DNA of 31,572 nt, from assembly GCA_947630315.1 (NCBI GenBank), contig CANRHA010000001.1:1-31572 (forward strand), in the 5' to 3' direction. Below, in pieces: positions 1 to 8,108 of this stretch. Under the pieces are notes generated by a model. That model was not told the origin of the DNA, did no database searches, and was given only the letters and a program-made list of their open reading frames with translations. This stretch comes from an uncultured Clostridia bacterium. Lineage in GTDB: Bacteria; Bacillota; Clostridia; Oscillospirales; Ruminococcaceae. Position 1 is the first letter of the stretch. Every line of letters starts with the position of its first letter. The translations under genes were made by a program, and so were the position numbers.

Positions 1-48
1 CTTTGAAAAAGCTCCGGAGGGACTATTGATATTTTGCCTTTCAACTTT

Positions 49-198
49 TTTAAAGGGCTCTTATGGAATTCCGGTGGCTTAAAAAGCATTGTATGACTTT
101 TTACCTCCCAATCTAACATATATTTCTCCTTAAAATATTGTGTTGACTACGTAAAGACCATAACAAAGTCATTGTAATCTCCATAAAAGTCCTTTAAA
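49..198 (+). promoter_or_regulatory. Long imperfect inverted repeat / predicted structured leader upstream of the first late gene
   Basis: 49-67 (TTTAAAGGGCTCTTATGGA) pairs with 180-198 (one G-U, one mismatch); 93-100 ATGACTTT pairs with 165-172 AAAGTCAT. Confidence 0.5.
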
Positions 199-232
199 GG
201 TGTTGACAAGTAGAAGTAAGGGAGGTAATTCT

Positions 233-559
233 ATGGCAAACAAGGCTAGAACACCAGAAGCTATGGAGGGATATTTAGTAAACCTGGCAATGAAGAACGC
301 AGAACGACAACTTGAAAGCGGAAAAGCTTCATCACAACTCATTTGTCATTTCTTAAAACTTGGAACTGAGCGAGAAAGGCTCAATAACGAGAAGCTTAGA
401 AGTGACTTGAAGGTTGCAGAAGCAAAAATTAAGACAATGGAGTCAGCAGAGCGTTCAGCAAAGCTATACGAGGAAGCAATACAGGCTTTCAAGTCATACT
501 CAGGCTCAAGAGAACCAGAGGAGTACTACGACGATGAGACACACCAGAACTTACAATGA
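233..559 (+). CDS. Putative terminase small subunit (108 aa)
   Basis: SD GGAGG at 221-225 favours ATG 233 over the track start at 200. Helical protein (LAMKNAERQLESGKASSQLICHFLKLG) upstream of HNH and terL. Assignment is mostly positional. Confidence 0.55.
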   Translation: MANKARTPEAMEGYLVNLAMKNAERQLESGKASSQLICHFLKLGTERERLNNEKLRSDLKVAEAKIKTMESAERSAKLYEEAIQAFKSYSGSREPEEYYDDETHQNLQ

Positions 560-944
560 ACTTATTACCATTGACGACTACTATGAACGACTAGAATACC
601 TGATGCTTAAAGGTAGAGTGTCCGAAGCAACATTCGGAGGGCACCGTTACCTTAATCAAGTTTTATATTCTTCAAGTGAATGGCAGAAGGTTCGAAGGGA
701 AGTAATTGTTCGAGACAATGGATGTGATCTAGCACATAAGGATCATCCCATATTTGGAGTAGTTTACATCCATCACTTAGAACCAATAACGCTTGAAGAT
801 ATTCAGGAAAGAAAGTCTATAGTGTTTGACTTGAACAACCTGGTTTGCGTTTCGTTTGACACACATCAATGCATTCATTACGGAACGGAACCAAAAAGAG
901 AATGGAAACCAAGAACAGAGGATGACACAATACCTTGGAGGTGA
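534..944 (+). CDS. HNH endonuclease, packaging-associated
   Basis: SD GAGGAG at 518-523, ATG 534. Motifs VIVRDNGCDL, YIHHLEP, NLVCVSFDTHQCIHY fit an HNH fold; lies next to the terminase genes. Confidence 0.85.
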   Translation: MRHTRTYNELITIDDYYERLEYLMLKGRVSEATFGGHRYLNQVLYSSSEWQKVRREVIVRDNGCDLAHKDHPIFGVVYIHHLEPITLEDIQERKSIVFDLNNLVCVSFDTHQCIHYGTEPKREWKPRTEDDTIPWR

Positions 945-950
945 GCAGCT

Positions 951-1112
951 ATGAAAAACAGAAAAAGAAATGACTCTTGGAAAGATTTTAAAGACAACAA
1001 AAGGAGCCGCACACCTTCAACGGCAGCTGTGTTTACTGATGATATTTTGTCCTGGCTTCCAAAGGGAATACTAGAGGAGTGCACAGCGGAGGTGAGGCCA
1101 TATGGACAATAG
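951..1112 (+). CDS. Small hypothetical protein (53 aa, MKNRKRNDSW...VRPYGQ), absent from the ORF track
   Basis: GGAGGTGA at 937-944 then ATG 951; fills the gap between HNH and the next gene and overlaps its start. Confidence 0.55.
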   Translation: MKNRKRNDSWKDFKDNKRSRTPSTAAVFTDDILSWLPKGILEECTAEVRPYGQ

Positions 1113-1497
1113 AGACGTAAGCTTGAGTATACTGCAATGCACAAAGAAAATGCTAGGACTTCTACCGGAGATGAAAGAATTCGACGTAGATATCTTAGCA
1201 TTAATTAATTCTGCAATGTTCGCATTGTTTGAGATCGGAGTCATACCAAATGGAGTTGATTATTCTGTAAAAGACGAAGATACACAATACACTGACATAT
1301 TCAGTGGTAAGAATTCAGACAAGATCATCTCGGCCGTTAAGACTTACATTTTTATTAAGGTAAAACTGGGATTTGACATAACGACAACACCAAGTTCCGT
1401 TATAGAAGTTTACAAAGAACAAGAAAAAGAATTGGAATGGCGGTTAAGTGTTCTTGTCGACCATAATGATACGTTTGATGAGGAGGAGAGTAAATGA
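1102..1497 (+). CDS. Head-tail adaptor/connector protein
   Basis: SILQCTKKMLG...FDVDILALINSAMFAL...VKTYIFIKVKLGFD...KELEWRL pattern of gp6/gp15-like adaptors; SD GGAGGTG upstream. Confidence 0.65.
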   Translation: MDNRDVSLSILQCTKKMLGLLPEMKEFDVDILALINSAMFALFEIGVIPNGVDYSVKDEDTQYTDIFSGKNSDKIISAVKTYIFIKVKLGFDITTTPSSVIEVYKEQEKELEWRLSVLVDHNDTFDEEESK

Positions 1498-2000
1498 ATC
1501 AGTTTGAAAATTTTTACGAAAACTTAAACACTCCTTTGTCAAATGAACAAACCACTTATTTACCGTGTGTACTCGCATCAGAACTCTACCACCACGGAAT
1601 CCTTGGACAAAAATGGGGAGTAAGAAGATACCAGAATAAAGATGGAAGTCTTACTGAAAAAGGACGTAAGAGATACGTAAAAATGCGTAGTCAAGGTAAG
1701 AAATTGACGGAAGAAGACGCAGAGGCTTACAAGAAGTCTATGGTCAAAGCATTGAAATCCGGGAATGCGAAAGAAATAAAAAAATTTAAGTACGATCTTG
1801 ACAGACCAGAGATAGAAGAAGCTATAAACAGAATAAATACATACGTTAAACTAGAAGATACTGAGAGATGGCAGACTTCTGGTTTAAGAAAATTGGAAAG
1901 GGCTACGAAATCACTAAATATAATAAATGATGCGACATCAGCAGGTCTTACAACATACGACAATTACAAAAAGATAAGAAAGATCTTATTTAAAGAGTAA
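1494..2000 (+). CDS. Basic protein with SELYHHGILGQKWGVRRYQNKDGSLT leader (DUF7211-like as recalled); putative virion-internal protein
   Basis: Motif seen directly; Lys/Arg-rich; overlaps the upstream stop. Confidence 0.75.
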   Translation: MNQFENFYENLNTPLSNEQTTYLPCVLASELYHHGILGQKWGVRRYQNKDGSLTEKGRKRYVKMRSQGKKLTEEDAEAYKKSMVKALKSGNAKEIKKFKYDLDRPEIEEAINRINTYVKLEDTERWQTSGLRKLERATKSLNIINDATSAGLTTYDNYKKIRKILFKE

Positions 2001-2015
2001 AAAGAGGATGATAGT

Positions 2016-3758
2016 ATGCCACTTTCAAATACTGCCGTGCCGAAATACTACGGTCAATTTAGAGACGCTGTTATAAGAGGTGAAATTCCAGTATGCTCCA
2101 CAATTTCAATGGAGATGAACAGAATCGACGATCTTATACGGAATCCAGGTGTATGGTACGACGAAGACGCAGTCGAAGGATACATTCGTTTCTGTGAAAA
2201 TGAGCTTACTCTTACTGATGGAAGTGACTTGCATCTTTTGGACAGCTTTAAACTATGGGCTGAGGAAATTTATGGTTGGTATTACTTCGTAAATCGTAGT
2301 GTGTACGTGCCTAACAAAAAAGGCGGAGGAAGATACGTAAGAAAGAGTATCAAAAAACGTCTTGTCAATAAACAGTATTTAATAGTAGCAAGAGGCGCTG
2401 CAAAATCTTTGTATGCTTCTTCTCATCACGGCTACGGGTTAACCGTTGACACGTCTTCGACCCACCAAGTTTGCACAGCACCAACTATGGATATGGCTGA
2501 AGAGACTATGAATCCACTTAGGACTGCCATAGCAAGATCCAGAGGTCCTTTCTTTAAATTTTTGACAGAAGGTTCTTTACACAATACAACTGGCGATAGG
2601 TCTTTAAGACAAAAATTGGCGTCCACAAAGAAGGGAATAGAATGCACGATCACAAATTCGCTTCTTGAGGTTCGTCCAATGTCAATAAACAAACTTCAGG
2701 GTTTAAGAAACAAGTACTCATCTGTTGACGAGTGGCTGTCAGGAGATACAAGAGAAGACGTTGTCGGCGCCTTGGAACAGGGAGCTTCAAAAATTGACGA
2801 CTACTTAATCTTGGCTACTTCATCAGAAGGAACTTTAAGAAACGGTATCGGCGATGCTATGAAAATTGAGCTTATGCAAATTCTTAGAGGGGAATACATA
2901 GCTCCTAATGTTTCTATATGGTGGTATAAGCTTGACGACGTGAAGGAAGTTCCAGATCCTGAGATGTGGGCTAAGGCAAATCCAAATATTGGTATAACAG
3001 TTAGCTACGAAACTTACCAGTTGGATGTTGAAAGAGCGGAGCATTCACCAGCGTCAAGGAATGATATTTTGGCAAAGAGATTCGGAATACCGATGGAGGG
3101 CTACACGTACTTCTTTACTTATGACGAGACGAAACCGCACAAGGAAAGAAGCTATTGGCAGATGCCTTGTTCACTCGGAATAGACCTTTCTCAGGGAGAT
3201 GACTTCTGTGCTTTTACTTTTATGTTCCCTTTACCAAGGGAGTGCTTCGGTATAAAGGTACGGTCTTATATTTCTGAGAGGACTATGATGAATCTTCAGC
3301 CTGCAATGAGATTGAAGTATCAGGAGTTCATAGATGAGGGGAGTTTAATAGTTCTTCCGGGGACCATTCTGGATATGAATGATGTTTACGACGATCTTGA
3401 CAATATGATTGTAAATTTTGGCTATGATGTCAGATGTGTTGGATATGACCCGTACAATGCAAAAGATTTCATAGCAAGATGGTCTAGCGAGAATGGGCCT
3501 TTCGGAATCGAGAAAGTAATTCAAGGAGCAAAAACAGAATCGGTTCCCTTGGGCGAACTTAAAAAAATGGCAGCAGACAGACTTCTGTTATTTGACGAAG
3601 CTCTTATGTCTTTTGCTATGGGAAACTGTGTCGTTCTCGAAGACACAAACGGTAACAGGAAACTATTTAAGCTACGGTCAGACCAGAAGATAGACAATGT
3701 ATCAGCGATGATGGACGCTTTCGTAGCTTACAAACTTAATAAGGATGCTTTTGAATAG
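2016..3758 (+). CDS. terL: Terminase large subunit
   Basis: 580 aa; Walker A-like VARGAAKS, Walker B-like SSVDE, nuclease motifs GIDLSQGDDF, VGYDPYNA and KIDNVSAMMDA. Confidence 0.95.
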   Translation: MPLSNTAVPKYYGQFRDAVIRGEIPVCSTISMEMNRIDDLIRNPGVWYDEDAVEGYIRFCENELTLTDGSDLHLLDSFKLWAEEIYGWYYFVNRSVYVPNKKGGGRYVRKSIKKRLVNKQYLIVARGAAKSLYASSHHGYGLTVDTSSTHQVCTAPTMDMAEETMNPLRTAIARSRGPFFKFLTEGSLHNTTGDRSLRQKLASTKKGIECTITNSLLEVRPMSINKLQGLRNKYSSVDEWLSGDTREDVVGALEQGASKIDDYLILATSSEGTLRNGIGDAMKIELMQILRGEYIAPNVSIWWYKLDDVKEVPDPEMWAKANPNIGITVSYETYQLDVERAEHSPASRNDILAKRFGIPMEGYTYFFTYDETKPHKERSYWQMPCSLGIDLSQGDDFCAFTFMFPLPRECFGIKVRSYISERTMMNLQPAMRLKYQEFIDEGSLIVLPGTILDMNDVYDDLDNMIVNFGYDVRCVGYDPYNAKDFIARWSSENGPFGIEKVIQGAKTESVPLGELKKMAADRLLLFDEALMSFAMGNCVVLEDTNGNRKLFKLRSDQKIDNVSAMMDAFVAYKLNKDAFE

Positions 3759-3767
3759 GTGATATTT

Positions 3768-4565
3768 ATGTATGAACTAAAACATTCAGCCAAGGGAACG
3801 CATTGGTCGAAGAAAGACCATAAGTATGTTAAAAAAGAGAACGGAAGATATTATTACAAAGATGATATGAAACAGAAGCAGATAGATGAGAAAGATCAGC
3901 GTTCGGAAGCAGAGATGCTGGAAGCTCAAGCTACAAAAGAAACTGAAGATTTTTTTAAATATATGGGGATTTCACCTGACGACCCTTTAAGAGACGAAGT
4001 CTTTAATCATTATAAAGAAGGTAATCTTAATAAGCTATACGAAATGAGAGGTAAAATCAGTCCAAAAGAAGCAGAACGACAGAAAGAAGCTAATAAGGAA
4101 AAAACTCAACACAACCGATTAAGAGCCGCGGACCAAGATCCGGCGGTTACAGGTAGAAATAAGTCTAAAGGATCATCGGCAGACGCGAAAAGGTGGTCTG
4201 AGTTTTTAGTAAAAAAAGAACAGCAGAAAAAAACCGTTGACAGTGCAATAACAAAAGCAAAAGATGCACTAAATAGCAGTAAAGCCGTTAAAGCAGCTAA
4301 ATCGGTAGCTAAGGCTTATGCGGAAGTTAAAAATGAAAAAGTAAAAGAACACAATCAAAAAGAGTTGCAATACAGTCATATGAATGAAGCGACTAAGAAA
4401 GTCGGAGAGACAAAAATAATGGGTAGTACGAAACAACACACTGCTGGAGAGTTGACAACAAAAGTGAATGCATCAGCTCAAAAAGCAAGACTTAACCGAG
4501 CAAATTCAAAAAAATGGGACGATAAAGGTTACAGGAATCCATCAGACAAAAGATATTACGAATAA
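3768..4565 (+). CDS. Lys-rich protein with ELKHSAKGTHWSKKDHKYVKK leader
   Basis: Long ORF, SD in junction repeat; first ~25 codons nearly identical to those of 5100-5564. Confidence 0.75.
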   Translation: MYELKHSAKGTHWSKKDHKYVKKENGRYYYKDDMKQKQIDEKDQRSEAEMLEAQATKETEDFFKYMGISPDDPLRDEVFNHYKEGNLNKLYEMRGKISPKEAERQKEANKEKTQHNRLRAADQDPAVTGRNKSKGSSADAKRWSEFLVKKEQQKKTVDSAITKAKDALNSSKAVKAAKSVAKAYAEVKNEKVKEHNQKELQYSHMNEATKKVGETKIMGSTKQHTAGELTTKVNASAQKARLNRANSKKWDDKGYRNPSDKRYYE

Positions 4566-4580
4566 AAAAGGTGATAGCTT

Positions 4581-5090
4581 ATGAATTATGAATCAGAACT
4601 TTACCACCACGGTGTTATAGGAATGAAGTGGGGTCTAAGAAGATACCAGCCATATCCTAGTGGTAAAAAGGGAAAAGAAATAGGAGAAGCCGCCTTAGCA
4701 GAACAGCGTAGAAAAATAGCACAGCGAAATATAAAGAAAGCTGCCTTTTCTTATGAGTCTATGGATACCACAAAAAAGAAAGAAGCTCAGAGGCAAATTC
4801 GTAAAGCTATGAAGTATCTCGGCGAAAAAGAAGTTGACCGAATAATGAAAATGGAAAAATCCAAAGACATTATTTACACTACTATGCTGACAAGAGCTAT
4901 GATAGTAGCAGGTTCAACAGCTATTGGAAGTGCTATTGGAACTTGCGGCGGTAAGCTTATAGGTACGGCTTTGGCTAGTTCTACAGCATTAAAAATTCCC
5001 GTAAGAGCAGCTTCTATGAAAGTGATTACACAGGCTAATTACATAACCAGGCCGTATAGAGATACTATAAACTTTTTAAGAAATCAATAG
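4581..5090 (+). CDS. Protein with SELYHHGVIGMKWGLRRYQPYP leader and a small-residue hydrophobic segment (AMIVAGSTAIGSAIGTCGG)
   Basis: AAGGTGA SD, ATG 4581; motif seen directly. Confidence 0.75.
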   Translation: MNYESELYHHGVIGMKWGLRRYQPYPSGKKGKEIGEAALAEQRRKIAQRNIKKAAFSYESMDTTKKKEAQRQIRKAMKYLGEKEVDRIMKMEKSKDIIYTTMLTRAMIVAGSTAIGSAIGTCGGKLIGTALASSTALKIPVRAASMKVITQANYITRPYRDTINFLRNQ

Positions 5091-5099
5091 GTGATATTT

Positions 5100-5564
5100 A
5101 TGCAAGAATTACAACATTCAGCCAAGGGAACTTCTTGGTCTAAGAAAGACCATAAGTATGTTAAAAAAGAAGGTACTAAGTACTGGTATCCAACTCCTAA
5201 AAAACAGACCAAATCTGAAAGTTTTGCTAAAAGAGCCGTAGACTACGGAAAAGACCAGAGTGCCCCTCCTATGGCTGGTTTTGCTGCTAGAGCGTTAAAA
5301 AGAGGAGAAGAAAAAAAAGGAACTCGTGGATTTGCGTCGTCAGCTGTTAACTACGGAAAAATGAAAGTTACAGAGAAAGCTATTAAAGATTCTTTCGAGA
5401 AAGTCAAGAATAAAATTGTAAGCAAAAACGAAAAGAAGCAGTCGTTTACCGATAAAATCAGCAACGCATTACAGAAGGTTGGAAAACAGAAAGTAACGAA
5501 ATCTGATAAGAAAGAATCGTTAATGGATAAGATTGGCAATGCTATAAAGAATATTATTAGGTGA
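5100..5564 (+). CDS. Lys-rich protein with ELQHSAKGTSWSKKDHKYVKK leader and short internal repeats
   Basis: Junction repeat SD; repeats FAKRAVDYGK/FASSAVNYGK and SFTDKISNAL/SLMDKIGNAI. Confidence 0.75.
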   Translation: MQELQHSAKGTSWSKKDHKYVKKEGTKYWYPTPKKQTKSESFAKRAVDYGKDQSAPPMAGFAARALKRGEEKKGTRGFASSAVNYGKMKVTEKAIKDSFEKVKNKIVSKNEKKQSFTDKISNALQKVGKQKVTKSDKKESLMDKIGNAIKNIIR

Positions 5565-5569
5565 TATTT

Positions 5570-6505
5570 ATGTACACTTCAGAACTTTATCATTATGGAA
5601 TCATCGGTCAAAAATGGTACGTTCGACGTTTTCAGCCATATCCAGATAATTATTCAGGAAAAGGAGTATTTAAGGGGAAGAAATATCCGGATCAAGATCT
5701 TAGAAAAGACCATACTGTAAAATCCGGAACTAAAATCTATACCGTAACAACAAATCCAAATCAGAGAAACAAGGATTTTATATATGTATCATATACTCCT
5801 CCCGATAGAGACCATTACAAAGCTGGATATATAAGAACCAGAGACAAAGCAAAAAAAGCGTATGAACAGTAATACCAATTGACAAAAGATCTAAAAGTTG
5901 CTGGCGAAAAAACCGTCACGGATACTTTTAATAAATATTGCAGTAGAAAAACGTATACTGAAGAAATTAACCAATCTATATTAAAATTTGCTAAAATAAA
6001 TACAAAATACGACACTAAGTTAAGTGCGGTTGAGTATCAAGAATTAGTTGCCAAATTAAGCAATAGATTACACGATAAAATAGAATATACTCTTAAGGGA
6101 GAAACGAAGACTGGAACTTATGGAAATTACCTGAAAGAGTATAAAGAAGCTCTTAAGGATATGGTTATTGACTACGCTGCTGAGTTAACGATGCCGTTGT
6201 CGAAAGCCGAGATGGGGTTAATAGCTTTAGGATATGCACCAAAGACAAAAGAAAAACTAATAAAAGAACTAAAAAAGCAAGGCTATAATTCTATGACCGA
6301 CGTTGCAAGTGTTGGCGGAAAAAAGAATCTGCAAATAGAAGGATACGACCCATTGATAGTGTTTGACAAGGATGCATATCAATTCAATAAAAACAAAACA
6401 GTAAGCGCACAAGAAGAAAACCGGTCAGGATATAGATATACGAAATGGCGTGGAGATGTACAAAGACTTAAGAATAGGGAAAAAGATAAGTTTGAGTGGA
6501 GGTAA
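5570..6505 (+). pseudogene. ELYH-leader gene split by one in-frame TAA (5870-5872); possibly ADP-ribosyltransferase-like fold
   Basis: Track ORFs 5561-5872 and 5879-6505 are in the same frame, separated by TAA TAC CAA, with no SD before TTG 5879. Fold call is a weak motif inference. Confidence 0.6.
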
Positions 6506-6511
6506 AACATC

Positions 6512-6831
6512 GTGAACACTTCAGAACTTTACCACTACGGCCGAAAAGGTATGAAATGGTATCAGCATATTTATGGAGAAGCAGATTCAAGAGCTAAGTA
6601 TAACAATGACAAAGACAAAAAAAACAGTCGTCTTCTTATAAACTTTATAAACGCGGTTTGGAAATATTAAAAAAGTACAATCTAACTTTATTTCCAAGTC
6701 GCAAAGCAGTTATTAGAAGTATGATAGTGAATGAGCAAATGGGTTTAATTTGGCGTCTAAATGCTGCTAATTATAACAACTTCATTCAGCAAACGAACTT
6801 TAATGCTATGCGTATGACTATGCCTATGTAA
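6512..6831 (+). CDS. ELYH-leader gene absent from the track: 52 aa as written (6512-6670), 106 aa via a -1 shift in the A8 run (6617-6624)
   Basis: GGAGG at 6498-6502, GTG 6512, MNTSELYHYGRKGMKWYQHIYG. The -1 frame is open 6610-6831 and fills the gap to the portal RBS. Confidence 0.65.
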
Positions 6832-6857
6832 TAAAAAAATAATAGGAGAAATTCAAA

Positions 6858-8108
6858 ATGGCGATAATATTTAACAGGTTTAAGAATGCTATAAGTGCAT
6901 TTATGGGCAGAGATCCAACAACGGTGCCTTACTATGAATACGGATCGGGTTCTGCATATAGGCCGGCACCTAGACTTTCGACGAATACACTTCGTTCAAT
7001 TGTTACCTCTGTCTATAACCAGATAGCTGTAGACGCAGCTGCTATAGACATAAAGCACGTTAGACTTGAAGAAGAAAAATACAAGGAAACCATATATGAC
7101 TCGCTAAACAGAGTTCTATCAAAAGAAGCCAACATCGACCAAACAGGAAGGAAGCTCATACAGTATGCTGTACTGTCTATGCTCGACGAGGGTGTTGTAG
7201 CATTGATACCGACATTAGCCGATGTATCTGATATTTTCAATGAGCATCCAAATAAAATTTATGAGGTCAGAGTTGCAAAAATAGTAGAATGGTTTCCTAG
7301 ACATATACGTGTTGAAGTTTATAATGACTTAACTGGACAGCCAGTTCAATTGGTTTATAAGAAAGAAATTTGTCCAATTATTGAAAATCCATTTTATAAC
7401 ATTATGAACGAACCTAACTCAACAGCAAAAAGATTGATGAAGGTTCTGGGACAATTGGATAAAACAAACGAGTCTAACAGTGCTGGAAAACTGGATTTAA
7501 TTATTCAATTACCGTACACAATTAAGTCCGAAGCGCGGCGTAAACAAGCAGAAATGCGTCGTACGGAAATAGAAAAGCAACTTACGGGGTCTCAGTATGG
7601 TATCGCATATACAGATGCCACTGAGCATATAGTTCAGCTTAATAGAAGTCTAGAGAACAACCTCTGGGAACAAGCAGAGAAGTTAAAAGACGATCTATTC
7701 AACCAATTAGGTTTCTCACAGTCTATCTTCGACGGAACAGCCGACGAAAAGACTATGCTGAACTACTATAATAGAACTATAGAGCCTATCCTCACAACGA
7801 TAACCGAGGAGATTGAGCGTAAATGGCTCACAACAACAGCAACGTCACAAGGCCAGGCTATTAAGTTCTTTAGAGATCCGTTTAAGTTAGTTCCTGTAGC
7901 TCAAATAGCTGAGATAGCAGATAAGTTTACAAGGAACGAGATAATGACGTCTAACGAAATGAGATCTGTGATGGGATTAAGACCCGCCAACGATCCCAAG
8001 GCAGACGAATTACGCAATAGTAATTTAAATCATCCAGATGAGAAGTTAGAGTTACAGCAACAAAATTCAAAATCAACAAATAATTTAGAAAAGGAGGAGA
8101 CCGAATAA
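6858..8108 (+). CDS. Portal protein
   Basis: 416 aa between terL and protease/capsid; SIVTSVYNQIAVDAAAIDIKHVRL, GKLDLIIQLPY, DKFTRNEIMTSNEMRSVMG. Confidence 0.9.
   Translation: MAIIFNRFKNAISAFMGRDPTTVPYYEYGSGSAYRPAPRLSTNTLRSIVTSVYNQIAVDAAAIDIKHVRLEEEKYKETIYDSLNRVLSKEANIDQTGRKLIQYAVLSMLDEGVVALIPTLADVSDIFNEHPNKIYEVRVAKIVEWFPRHIRVEVYNDLTGQPVQLVYKKEICPIIENPFYNIMNEPNSTAKRLMKVLGQLDKTNESNSAGKLDLIIQLPYTIKSEARRKQAEMRRTEIEKQLTGSQYGIAYTDATEHIVQLNRSLENNLWEQAEKLKDDLFNQLGFSQSIFDGTADEKTMLNYYNRTIEPILTTITEEIERKWLTTTATSQGQAIKFFRDPFKLVPVAQIAEIADKFTRNEIMTSNEMRSVMGLRPANDPKADELRNSNLNHPDEKLELQQQNSKSTNNLEKEETE

Larger units (their letters stand above)
3756..5572 (+). repeat. Three exact copies of the 15-mer TAGGTGATATTTATG (3756-3770, 5088-5102, 5558-5572) at gene junctions
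   Basis: Read directly. Each copy holds an AGGTGA SD and the ATG of an ELxH gene, so true starts are 3768, 5100 and 5570 rather than the GTGs in the track. Confidence 0.9.

Noticed and set aside
1-89. Minus-strand ORF starting at ATG 89 after GGAGG
   Set aside because: SD spacing ~14 nt, truncated by the window edge, no recognisable motif.
203-231. TTGACA at 203-208 as a late promoter
   Set aside because: The spaced -10 (TAATTC) is weak and overlaps the RBS, leaving no leader.
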